From an uncultured Clostridia bacterium (lineage in GTDB: Bacteria > Bacillota > Clostridia > Oscillospirales > CAG-272): 64,000 nt of DNA. This document shows positions 18,000-26,547 of this stretch, in pieces. The DNA is taken from positions 708 to 64,707 of the forward strand of contig CAMEON010000004.1 in the NCBI GenBank assembly GCA_945929845.1. Direction: 5' to 3'. Both the position numbers and the translations under genes were made by a program. The notes beneath the pieces are model-generated. The model made no database searches. It saw only the letters and a list, made by a program, of their open reading frames with translations, and was not told where the DNA came from. Each line of letters begins with the position of its first letter. Within the stretch, counting starts at the first letter, position 1.

Positions 18000-18749
18000 T
18001 CAGCAACCGCTGTTATTGCTTTCACTTTGCTGTTTGTCTGTACCGTCACTCTCACTTTCACTGTCACTTTCACTGTAACTGTCAGCGCAACTGTTTTCCT
18101 CCTGCTTCTCCATGTTGGCTTCCAACCGCTGAGCCTCCTTGTCCCGATGCCACAGCAGGGAGAAGTGAGCCTCCGTGCCCGCCCTGATCCGCCGCAGGTT
18201 TTCCATATGCTTATAGAGGATCGCAGGGACAGCTATGGCCAGGATCAGCGCACCGATCACCTGGCCGGTCATGAACCCGTGCAGGATTGGGAAGATCACC
18301 GAGGCGGTGATGGCGGTGAAGCAGATGTAATCTGTGATGAATATCAGAAGGATCTCCAGGAGCAACATGATCAGAAAGACCCGAATGTCAAAGGAAAGGA
18401 TCACCCCACCCAGGGCGGCCAGCCCTTTTCCGCCGCGGAAGCCCATGAAGACCGGGAAAATATGCCCAAGGATGCTGGCTACCCCGGCGATCTCTCCGGC
18501 ATACACCAGCTCCGGGAACAGGAGCATGGCCAGGCGGACAGACAGCACACCCTTGGCAATATCCAGAATGGCGGAGATAATACCTACGGTTTTGCCCATC
18601 ACGATGACGGCGTTGGAGGCTCCCGCATTGCCGGAGCCTGTCTTCCGTATATCAAAGCCCCGGATCCGGGCAAACAGGTAGGCAGGATTGATGCACCCGA
18701 TGAGGTATCCCATCAGGATACAGAGGATGACGGACAACCAGACAGGCAT
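18000..18749 (-). CDS. second PlsY-family acyltransferase with an acidic Ser/Glu/Asp repeat tail
   Basis: GSGNAGASN and FRGGKG motifs. About 45 extra C-terminal residues (...SYSESDSESESDGTDKQQSESNNSGC) are encoded by AGTGA(A/C)AGTGA-type short repeats at 18040-18085. Confidence 0.8.
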   Translation of the reverse strand: MPVWLSVILCILMGYLIGCINPAYLFARIRGFDIRKTGSGNAGASNAVIVMGKTVGIISAILDIAKGVLSVRLAMLLFPELVYAGEIAGVASILGHIFPVFMGFRGGKGLAALGGVILSFDIRVFLIMLLLEILLIFITDYICFTAITASVIFPILHGFMTGQVIGALILAIAVPAILYKHMENLRRIRAGTEAHFSLLWHRDKEAQRLEANMEKQEENSCADSYSESDSESESDGTDKQQSESNNSGC

Positions 18750-18876
18750 GATGTATTTTCCTTTCTACAGAACTGTAAATGGTGAATCTATACATATTCT
18801 ACACCATTTTTGTCGGATTGTCAAGAGAAAGTGCGAATGTTGGCAGAACGGTCATGCAGGCGGAGCACAATATTTG

Positions 18877-19124
18877 CTACAGTTCAGGTGGGGGTACGGG
18901 ATGCGGTGGGGAACTTCTTGAAAGAAGTTCCCCACACCCCTCAAGAACTTTCAAAACAGGTATTGTGTATGATTCGAAGCGTTATTCTGTCATATATTTG
19001 TTGTCGTTTTTCCAAAGGAGCCAGCGTTGCTGATGCCCAAAACAGCAGAAACGCCTTCGCGGGGCCCCTCGCCCCGTTCTACGGCGGAAAAGGGAGCGCA
19101 CGGCGGGGGTAGGTGAACTGTAAC
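18877..19124 (+). repeat. family D repeat, copy D1
   Basis: It is bounded by CTACAGTTCA...TGAACTGTAAC and is collinear with the reverse complement of 37051-37300. Its internal hairpin GGGGAACTTCTTGAAAGAAGTTCCCC lies at 18908-18933. Confidence 0.85.
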
Positions 19125-19133
19125 CAATATTTG

Positions 19134-19190
19134 CTACAGTTCAACACAATTGTTTTGAAAGTTCTTGAAGGGTCGTTTCTCCCGTACCCC
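19134..19190 (-). repeat. internally deleted partial family D copy
   Basis: The reverse complement GGGGTACGGGAGAAACGACCCTTCAAGAACTTTCAAAACAATTGTGTTGAACTGTAG matches the D left arm, without its hairpin, fused to the TIR. Confidence 0.7.
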
Positions 19191-19249
19191 TTTTCGTAAA
19201 AGCAAAACAGACCGCCGCACGGGGTGCGCCGATCCGTTCTGCTGTGCGG

Positions 19250-20077
19250 TCATTTCTTTTGCTGCTTGCACCAGATCTCCATGACCAGCCCATGGGGCAG
19301 GAGCTTGGTCAGCAGTACCTGCGCACGGATATCAAAGCCGCAGACAGACACATCCTTGCCCCGTTTCATATCCTTCAGAGCCTTGTCAATGACCTCTTTG
19401 GGGTCAAAGAACCGATTGTAGTATTTGATGGTGTCGTCCAGAACAGCGTGGTCGAAGAACTCGGTTCTGACCCATCCGGGGCAGACAGCCATCACCCGGA
19501 TGTCCCGCTTCTGCTTTTTCAACTCCACATTCAAGGCCCGGGAGAAGGACAGCACGAAGGCCTTGGTGGCCCCGTACACATTGATGTAGGGCACCGGCTG
19601 GAAGGAGGACAGGGAGTCAAGCTGGTAGATACAACTGCCAGGCTCCATGTAGGGCAGGGTGTGGTAGGTCATAGCCACCAGCGCCTTGTCGTTCAGGTCG
19701 ATCATGCGGAGCTGGTCGTCCAGGGGCAGGGCGGTGAAGGCACCGAATCGTCCGAACCCGCTGGCGTTGACCAGCACCTGTACCGAAGGCTTTTCGGCAG
19801 CCAACAGTTCCCGGTAGGTATCCAGACTGGACGCAAGACCCAGATCCAGAGGCAGAGCCCGCACCGTGGCCCGCACCTGTTCCTGCAACGCCTCCAGCCG
19901 ATCCTTCCGTCTGGCGATCAGCCACAGCTCGTCGAAGGACTGCGCCCTGTCCAGAGCCAGCACGAACTCCCGACCCATGCCGGAGGAGGCACCGGTGATG
20001 ACGGCGATCCGCTTGCCACCCGGGGCTGTGTCTCGGGTGGTCTTTCCTGCGGGGACTGTATTCTGATCTGCATCCAT
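19250..20077 (-). CDS. SDR family oxidoreductase
   Basis: The ITGASSGMG cofactor motif is present, and the length of about 275 aa is typical of classical SDRs. Confidence 0.85.
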   Translation of the reverse strand: MDADQNTVPAGKTTRDTAPGGKRIAVITGASSGMGREFVLALDRAQSFDELWLIARRKDRLEALQEQVRATVRALPLDLGLASSLDTYRELLAAEKPSVQVLVNASGFGRFGAFTALPLDDQLRMIDLNDKALVAMTYHTLPYMEPGSCIYQLDSLSSFQPVPYINVYGATKAFVLSFSRALNVELKKQKRDIRVMAVCPGWVRTEFFDHAVLDDTIKYYNRFFDPKEVIDKALKDMKRGKDVSVCGFDIRAQVLLTKLLPHGLVMEIWCKQQKK

Positions 20078-20089
20078 AGGGCGGCCTCC

Positions 20090-20515
20090 TTACTTCTTGG
20101 GTTTCTTGGCCTTGTAGGGCTTGTTCAGCTTGGCTTTCTTGACACCCTTGGCCTTCTTCAGAACGATCAGTCCGGTCTTGGGCTTGTAGCCCTCTTTCTT
20201 CAGGGCCTTGAAGCGCTTCTTTTTATAATTCCGGCGAGCCTTGGCGAATTTCCCGATGATCTCCGTGTATATCTCCAGACCTGTTTTCTTGGGCGGGACA
20301 GCAGGCTTGCCTGTCTTGACACCCAGCACGGCATCCACGGCGGCGGTGGCGGCGGCATTGGCGGCCTTTTTGGACACAGGCGCGGGACTCTTTTTGATGG
20401 CCTTCCGGTACCGTTTGTCCTTCATGACCTCCCGGACCATGCGCTTGAGTACCTTTTTCTTCTCCTTTTTGGGCATACCGTCCAGAGATGCGATTTGCGC
20501 ATTGTGCTCACTCAT
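20090..20515 (-). CDS. lysine-rich, strongly basic protein of unknown function
   Basis: 141 aa, dominated by K/A/P runs (KKEKKKVLKRM..., ...KKAKGVKKAKLNKPYKAKKPKK). It lies 42 nt after the M16 gene and 12 nt before the SDR gene on the same strand. No family recognised. Confidence 0.5.
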   Translation of the reverse strand: MSEHNAQIASLDGMPKKEKKKVLKRMVREVMKDKRYRKAIKKSPAPVSKKAANAAATAAVDAVLGVKTGKPAVPPKKTGLEIYTEIIGKFAKARRNYKKKRFKALKKEGYKPKTGLIVLKKAKGVKKAKLNKPYKAKKPKK

Positions 20516-20557
20516 GACTGCTTTTCAACCTCTCTTTCCTTCAGGGAACTGCATGGC

Positions 20558-23479
20558 TTACAGCTCCCGGATGTCTTCAAACAGGCCGGACGCACGGAGG
20601 GCGTCCTGACCGCCCACGGTAGCGTTGACTCCGGCCTCCCGGCTGTTCAGCGTCCGCACCGTGGCGGCGAAGGCGGCAAAGTCCTCACCGGTGGTGTGCA
20701 GAATGGCTTCCATGTCGGCGGTCACATCGGCGGCATTCCGGCCATTCTCCCAGCGGGACAGGGCGGCTTCGCCCTTGTCCATGGGACTCTGGGGGGCGAA
20801 GTAGGGGGCCAGACTGCTGACAATGAGACTGCCCAGCTCCTCCTCCCCGGGGATATTGGCATCCAGCCAGTCAGGCAGGTTGTCATATACGGCGTAGGTG
20901 TCGGCCACCCGGGGATCCCGGTAGGAGGCCAGCGCCAGAAGACCGTAGGGCATGACCTGGGCGAAGGCTCCGTAGGCACCGCCCTTGGCTCGGATCTCGT
21001 CCCAGAAGTATCGGGTGCCAAGGTAAGCACAGACCACCCGCATCTTCGGGGAGTAGGCGGCATCGGCTTCCGCCAGACTGTACACCCGGGCGCAGTAGTT
21101 GACCTCGCCGGGGATGCTCACGCCCTTGGCGGCCTTGCCGGCCAGTGTGCGGACAGCGGGTGCCATCTGTGTACCATCCCCCAGGAACAGCCCGGCCAGG
21201 GCACCCTGCCAGGCGGCATAGGCGGCCTCGCTTCCGATGAGGAAGGCCACCGGCCTGACCGTGCGGAACAGCACGCTGCGGACACGCTCCAGTCCGGCGA
21301 TCAGGGTATCTGCCTCCCCGTCGAAACGGTCGGCCAGGGCGGTCATGCGGCGGTAGGCGGACACGCCCTTCACCTGATCCCGGATCACGCCGCAGGCGGA
21401 CAGGGAAGCCTCGGCGATACCCTCGGCGGTGGCGTGTCCCCCGCCGATCAGGCGGCTCTTGAGTCCGGCGGTGTTGGAGAAGAGACGGCGCAGGATGGTG
21501 CGGTCAAAGACAGGGGCGGCTATGTAATCGCCCAGCAGAGCCACCGCTTCTGCCAGCCGCTCCTCCGGCGCATTGACGGTCAGGCGCAGGTAGGAGGCGG
21601 TACTGTCAGCACTCAGCCCTCTGACACCCACATCAATGGAGGCATACAGTACGGCGTGCAGAGCTACCCGACGGCCGGTCAGAGTCGGCACATCCTGCCC
21701 ATCGACAGGCAGGTCAAACAGGGCATCCTTCAGGCAACGGACATAGAACAGATCCCCGGTGTCCAGCCCGGACAGGTCAAAGAGCAGGGAAGCGGCGGCA
21801 ATGCCGTTGGTGTCAGCCGGGAAGTACAGGGAGAGAAGCTCCTTGCCGTTTACCGTTATGGTATGCGTCTCCACATCCTTATATTCAGCATGGGGATCAA
21901 TATCGGCGGGGGTCAGATGAGGAATGGAGGCTTCGGCTTCGGGGGAGTCGGGGGATGTCAGGTACTCTTGGAAGGCCGCCATGTGAGCCTCCAGTGCCTC
22001 GTAGGCACCGGGGGTGGCGTGGCGTTTGTCCGATTCCTTGGCCAGCCAGGCATCCATGCGTTCCCGCTTCTCCTGGGAGACGGTGCGGGAGGGGACGCAT
22101 CGGGTCAGTGCCCAGTGGTCGCTGTGGAGAATGTACCGCCGGATCAGCTTGTCAAAATACTGCGGATCCTGGGAGAAGGCCTGGCGGAGGGCGGCCAGGT
22201 CATCCGGCGTGGCGGCCTCGCCCCGCTGGACATGGGTGCGGAACAGGAATTCCATGATGCGGAAGCCGCTATCCACGGAGAGGGCCGCCCGGCGGCAGTC
22301 GGTCTCGTGGTTATCCAGAAGGTCGGAGAGGCGGGCGGTATCCAGACCCTTGTCTACCAGGTCTGTCAGGGTGTCCGTCACCACCTGGCGGAAGGCTTCT
22401 GCCTGCTCCGGCTGGGTCTTGCTCAAGGTCAGGTATACGAAGGGCTGGCGGACGGAGCTCTCGCAGGCCATGGAGAAGTCCTGACCGATACCGGCATCCA
22501 ACACCGCCTTGGACAGGGGAGACTCGGTGGTCTCTGCCAGGTAGCGGGAGAGGATGGAGAAGGCCAGTGCTTCCTCCGTCCGGGCACCGTCGCCCAGCAC
22601 GCAGGCCAGCATCAGGTGGGTGTTGTCCGCCGTATCCTCGTTGTCCCCGACCTGGTAGTAGGCTATGCCGTCGGGGCTGACCACCGGGGATTGCAGAGGA
22701 GCCGGTTCCGGGCGGGGGTATCTGGGCGGCTCGTGGGCGGAGAGGACATCATTGATCTGAGCCAGCTCCCGGTCAAGACCCAGTCTGCCGGACAGGTAGA
22801 AGATGGCGTTATCCACACCGTAGAAGCGCCGGTATGTCTCCTGGAACTGCTCGTAGGTCAGCGTAGGGATGGCGGCAGGGTCTCCGCCGGAATTGAAGCG
22901 GATGAACAGATCCGGGTACAGCTGCTTGAGAATCTGCAAGTACATGATCTCATAGGGCTGGTTGTCGTGCCCCTGCATTTCGTTGAACACCACGCCGGAA
23001 CAACGCAGGCCGCCCTGGCCGTCCGGCTCCAGGTGCCAGGCTTCCTTCTCAAAGATCCGCCGGTCGGAGAGGAGCAGAGGGTGGAACACGGCATCCAGGT
23101 AGACCGTCATCATGTTCATGAAGTCCTGCTCATTGGTGGAAATGAAGTAGTACAGCGTCTTGTCCTCATAGGTCATGGCGTTCAGATCCACGGCCATGGA
23201 GGTCTTCATCAGGTTGACGAAAGGCTCCTTGAGGCGGTAGGACTCCGACCCATCCAGCGTGGAGTGCTCAATGATGTGGAATACGCCGGTGTCATTCTCC
23301 GGCAGGGTACGGAAGCCCACGCTGAACACCATCTGTCCGTCGTCCCGGTCTGAGTAGTACAGGGTGGCACCGGTGGCCTCGTGGGTCAGCTTCCAATAGT
23401 TGGCGTTCATGGTGGGTATCTCGTGTACTCCCTCCACCCGGAAGCCTTGAATCTTTTCTCCGATTTTCCATGCAGGCAT
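20558..23479 (-). CDS. M16 (insulinase/PreP-like) zinc metallopeptidase
   Basis: The inverted zincin motif HIIEHSTLDGS (HxxEH) lies near the N-terminus. The protein is about 970 aa. GAAGGAGG precedes the ATG. Confidence 0.85.
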   Translation of the reverse strand: MPAWKIGEKIQGFRVEGVHEIPTMNANYWKLTHEATGATLYYSDRDDGQMVFSVGFRTLPENDTGVFHIIEHSTLDGSESYRLKEPFVNLMKTSMAVDLNAMTYEDKTLYYFISTNEQDFMNMMTVYLDAVFHPLLLSDRRIFEKEAWHLEPDGQGGLRCSGVVFNEMQGHDNQPYEIMYLQILKQLYPDLFIRFNSGGDPAAIPTLTYEQFQETYRRFYGVDNAIFYLSGRLGLDRELAQINDVLSAHEPPRYPRPEPAPLQSPVVSPDGIAYYQVGDNEDTADNTHLMLACVLGDGARTEEALAFSILSRYLAETTESPLSKAVLDAGIGQDFSMACESSVRQPFVYLTLSKTQPEQAEAFRQVVTDTLTDLVDKGLDTARLSDLLDNHETDCRRAALSVDSGFRIMEFLFRTHVQRGEAATPDDLAALRQAFSQDPQYFDKLIRRYILHSDHWALTRCVPSRTVSQEKRERMDAWLAKESDKRHATPGAYEALEAHMAAFQEYLTSPDSPEAEASIPHLTPADIDPHAEYKDVETHTITVNGKELLSLYFPADTNGIAAASLLFDLSGLDTGDLFYVRCLKDALFDLPVDGQDVPTLTGRRVALHAVLYASIDVGVRGLSADSTASYLRLTVNAPEERLAEAVALLGDYIAAPVFDRTILRRLFSNTAGLKSRLIGGGHATAEGIAEASLSACGVIRDQVKGVSAYRRMTALADRFDGEADTLIAGLERVRSVLFRTVRPVAFLIGSEAAYAAWQGALAGLFLGDGTQMAPAVRTLAGKAAKGVSIPGEVNYCARVYSLAEADAAYSPKMRVVCAYLGTRYFWDEIRAKGGAYGAFAQVMPYGLLALASYRDPRVADTYAVYDNLPDWLDANIPGEEELGSLIVSSLAPYFAPQSPMDKGEAALSRWENGRNAADVTADMEAILHTTGEDFAAFAATVRTLNSREAGVNATVGGQDALRASGLFEDIREL

Positions 23480-23544
23480 GGTCAGTCCTCCTTCTGCGTT
23501 TCAAAATTACCGTATCTGTGCGTCAATGACTGGATTTTACCACA

Positions 23545-23573
23545 ATTATACCACATTCCGCGGTATATTGCAA
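23545..23573 (-). promoter_or_regulatory. sigma-A-type promoter for the M16 operon (TTGCAA-17 nt-TATAAT)
   Basis: The reverse strand reads CTTGCAATATACCGCGGAATGTGGTATAATTG. Confidence 0.6.
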
Positions 23574-23686
23574 GGGATTCCGGACATAATAATTGCAGGT
23601 TTTCCCGGAGAGATCACCGTTCGGCCAAGCGGCCTATGAACAAATCGCTTAACCGTATGCTTCATATGTGCAATACCTGGCATAAC

Positions 23687-23926
23687 GGGCGGATATGGAA
23701 TCTGCTCAAACTGTGTTCGTCTCCGTATACGGATGTCGCCCCTACTACACTGTAACGATTAAAACTTAACATTTATATTTGAGGTTGTTCCAAGCATCCT
23801 TGTAGGGCGGGGGCTTGCTCCCGCCGGAGAAGACCCCGATAAAACCTCCCTTGTGTAAAGAGCGTTACATCAGCGAAGCATGACGGAGTATCGGGAAATA
23901 AAGTTTCATTGGTTGCACCGTACTAC
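23687..23926 (+). repeat. REP/BIME-like mosaic repeat cluster, locus E2 (truncated)
   Basis: It has GGGCGGATATGGAAT..., CCGTATACGGATGTCGCCCCTAC (23723-23745), and a single GTAGGGCGGGGGCTTGCTCCCGCC at 23802-23825. The second inverted arm and about 70 nt are missing relative to E1, E3 and E4. Confidence 0.8.
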
Positions 23927-24007
23927 AATATATGTGTCATGTATTTCCCGGGGCATCAGCGAAAGCACATGTACATCCGGACGGTCAAAGGAGGAAAGGG
24001 TATCCAT

Positions 24008-25084
24008 ATGCAACAGACAGACAGTAAGCCCCTCCGCAGTGAGGCGGGGAGCATCATCCGGCCGGGCACCGAGATCATCGGGGCGGCCTCCGTGGTGGGC
24101 GGCCGGGAGCATGAAGGCCCCCTGGGGGACAGATTTGACTTTTACAATCCGAAGGATCGCTTCGGGGAGGACACCTGGGAGAAGGCGGAGTCGGAAATGC
24201 AACGGATGGCACTGTCCGCCGCCATGCACAAGGCCGGTGTCCGGGAGGAGGAGGTGGACCTGCTCTTTGCCGGGGATCTGCTCAACCAGTGCGTTGGCTC
24301 GTCCTACGGTCTGGAAGCCTACAAGATCCCCTACCTTGGTCTGTACGGAGCCTGCTCCACCTCGGCGGAGGGACTGCTGTTGGCATCAGCCATGGTGGGG
24401 GCGGGGTATGCCTCCTGTGCGGCGGCGGTGACATCCTCCCACAATGCGGCGGCGGAGCGGCAGTTCCGCACCCCGCTGGAGTACGGCGGCCAGCGTCCCC
24501 AGAGCGGCCAGTGGACGGTCACGGGAGCCGGGGCCTTCATCATCACCCCGGCCTGCTCCAAGGGTGGCTGTCCCATCTATGCCCCCGGTGTCAAGCCGCT
24601 GGCTCGGGTCAGTGCCGCCCTGCCGGGGCTTGTCCTTGACCGGGGTGTGACCGACCCCAACAACATGGGGGCGGCCATGGCTCCGGCGGCGGAGAGCACG
24701 CTGTGTCGGTTCTTTGCGGCCAGCGGCACCGGCCCGGATAACTATGACTTGATCGTTACCGGAGACCTGGGCTGGGAGGGAAGCCGGATCCTCTGCGACC
24801 TGATGGACACCCACGGCTATGACATCCGGAAGAAACACAACGACTGCGGCATGATGATCTATACAAAGAACACCCAGGACACCCACAGCGGTGGCTCCGG
24901 GTGCGGGTGCGGGGCTACCGTGCTGGCTTCTTACCTGTTGCCCAAGCTGGCGGCAGGGGAGATACACCGCCTGCTGTTCATGGCCACCGGAGCCCTGATG
25001 AGCCCGGACAGCGTCAAGCAGGGGCTGTCCATTCCCGGCGTGGCACACCTTCTGTGCCTGGAGGCACCGGGTGCGCAGGTGTGA
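24008..25084 (+). CDS. spoVAD: stage V sporulation protein AD
   Basis: Start is residue 34 of ORF 23909..25084, after AAAGGAGGAAAGG. The protein has a thiolase-like fold, and ...YLGLYGACSTSAEGLLLA... is typical of SpoVAD. Confidence 0.85.
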   Translation: MQQTDSKPLRSEAGSIIRPGTEIIGAASVVGGREHEGPLGDRFDFYNPKDRFGEDTWEKAESEMQRMALSAAMHKAGVREEEVDLLFAGDLLNQCVGSSYGLEAYKIPYLGLYGACSTSAEGLLLASAMVGAGYASCAAAVTSSHNAAAERQFRTPLEYGGQRPQSGQWTVTGAGAFIITPACSKGGCPIYAPGVKPLARVSAALPGLVLDRGVTDPNNMGAAMAPAAESTLCRFFAASGTGPDNYDLIVTGDLGWEGSRILCDLMDTHGYDIRKKHNDCGMMIYTKNTQDTHSGGSGCGCGATVLASYLLPKLAAGEIHRLLFMATGALMSPDSVKQGLSIPGVAHLLCLEAPGAQV

Positions 25085-25152
25085 GCAGTATAACCAGCTC
25101 AGAAAAATTTTGGCCCTGGTATTTTTCTATCGTTGGAAAGGAATGATCAAAT

Positions 25153-25518
25153 ATGGAGTGGCTGAAATATGTGTGGTCCTTTTTGGTGGGCGGGGCACTA
25201 TGCGTCGTTGCCCAAATCCTGATAGACAAAACCAAGCTGACCCCCGCCCGGATCCTGGTCGGGTATGTGACGGCGGGGGTGATCCTGGGGGCCATCGGCG
25301 TGTACCAGCCCCTGGTGGACTTCGCCGGGGCAGGGGCGGCCACGCCGCTGACCGGATTCGGCAACCTGATCGCCAAGGGCATCCGGAAGGCGGTGGATGA
25401 GCGGGGTCTGCTGGGTGTCCTGACCGGCGGCCTGACAGCGGCGGCAGGCGGGACAGCGGCGGCGCTGGTCTTCGGCTACCTGGCGGCACTGATCTGGCGG
25501 GGGAAGCCCAAGGGGTAA
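25153..25518 (+). CDS. spoVAE: stage V sporulation protein AE (SpoVAEB-type)
   Basis: 121 aa. MEWLKYVWSFLVGGALCVVAQILIDKTKLTPARILV...PLTGFGNLIAKG matches SpoVAE. Confidence 0.85.
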   Translation: MEWLKYVWSFLVGGALCVVAQILIDKTKLTPARILVGYVTAGVILGAIGVYQPLVDFAGAGAATPLTGFGNLIAKGIRKAVDERGLLGVLTGGLTAAAGGTAAALVFGYLAALIWRGKPKG

Positions 25519-25658
25519 GGGAACCACTGATTGATTCGGCGGCGCATCTTCGGCACATCTTTTCCCGTCTGCTTCTTGCCGAAAAAAGCGTTTTTCGCAA
25601 TCGCAGACTAAAAAAATCTGTACAGAATCTGCACCACCTCATTCAATCAGTGTTTCCC
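25519..25658 (-). mobile_element. MITE-like element, family C, copy C3 (internally deleted)
   Basis: GGGAACCACTGATTGATTCGG...CATTCAATCAGTGTTTCCC, flanked by TAA on both sides. About 28 nt of the central palindrome region is missing. Confidence 0.8.
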
Positions 25659-25662
25659 TAAG

Positions 25663-26388
25663 CTATGAGTACCTTCTGGGGGAGGATACCTTGATGCCAA
25701 AGCCCTCCCGGAGCTTGTCGATGGCGGCCTTCTCAATGCGGCTGACATAGGAGCGGGAGATGCCAAGCAGGGCGGCGATCTCCCGCTGTGTCATGGCGGG
25801 GGTGTCGCCAAGGCCAAAGCGCAGGAGAATGACCTGCTGTTCCCGGGGATCCAGACGGCTGTGGATCATGTGCATAGCCCGCTCCGCCTCCACCTTGCGG
25901 AAAATCTCCTCGGTGATGCACTCCTCCGAGCTGATGACATCCATGTATGTCAGGGGGTTGCCGTCCCTGTCCACATCTATCGTGTCGTTCAGGGACACCT
26001 CGCCGCAGGTCTTTTTCTGTGCCCGGAAGTACATAAGGATCTCGTTCTGAATACATTTGGCCCCGTAGGTGGCAAAACGGGTGCCAGCCTCCGGCTTGAA
26101 GGTGTCCACCGCCTTGCACAGACCGATGGTGCCGATGGATACCAGATCCTCCTGATTCCGGCTGGAGGCATAGTATTTGCGGACGATATGGGACACAAGC
26201 CGCAGGTTGTGGAGGATGAGCTTCTGCCGGGCCTCCTCGCGGACGGCGGGATCCGGGTGGTTCCGGGACAGGCGGAAGGCCTGCTCTTCCTCCGCACTGT
26301 CCAGGGGCGGGGGAAAATTCTGAGCCGTACCTACGCCCAGGATCAGGTGAAACAGACGGGTGATAGGGGAAAGAAGCAATCCGAACAT
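25663..26388 (-). CDS. sigK: sporulation sigma factor, pro-sigma-K type
   Basis: A short hydrophobic pro-sequence is followed by NFPPPLDSAEEE. GTRFATYGAKCIQNEILMYFR and TQREIAALLGISRSYVSRIEK resemble SigK more than SigE (ISQSYISRLEK) as I recall them. The gene is not interrupted. Confidence 0.7.
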   Translation of the reverse strand: MFGLLLSPITRLFHLILGVGTAQNFPPPLDSAEEEQAFRLSRNHPDPAVREEARQKLILHNLRLVSHIVRKYYASSRNQEDLVSIGTIGLCKAVDTFKPEAGTRFATYGAKCIQNEILMYFRAQKKTCGEVSLNDTIDVDRDGNPLTYMDVISSEECITEEIFRKVEAERAMHMIHSRLDPREQQVILLRFGLGDTPAMTQREIAALLGISRSYVSRIEKAAIDKLREGFGIKVSSPRRYS

Positions 26389-26547
26389 GATATTCCCACT
26401 CCTTTCTGATGTGACTGACAGGGCAAAAACAGCCCCATCTCAGTATATGCAGGCCGGGCTTGTTCGTTTCGGAAATTTCTCTTGCAATTCTCCTGGTTCT
26501 GTGCTATACTATAGCCATACTGATTGTATCGGCGAAGGAGATGCGGT

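Noticed and set aside
19244-23353. A 1369-aa ORF on the plus strand, the longest in the window.
   Set aside because: It lies entirely antisense to the SDR, Lys-rich and M16 genes, which have clear family motifs, RBS and promoter. Its product is Gly/Val/His/Gln/Leu-rich low-information sequence with no motif. This is a typical shadow ORF of high-GC3 coding DNA.
25663-26388. A possible skin-like intervening element or split of sigK.
   Set aside because: The ORF is continuous from the pro-sequence to region 4.2, and no recombinase is nearby. The gene is intact.
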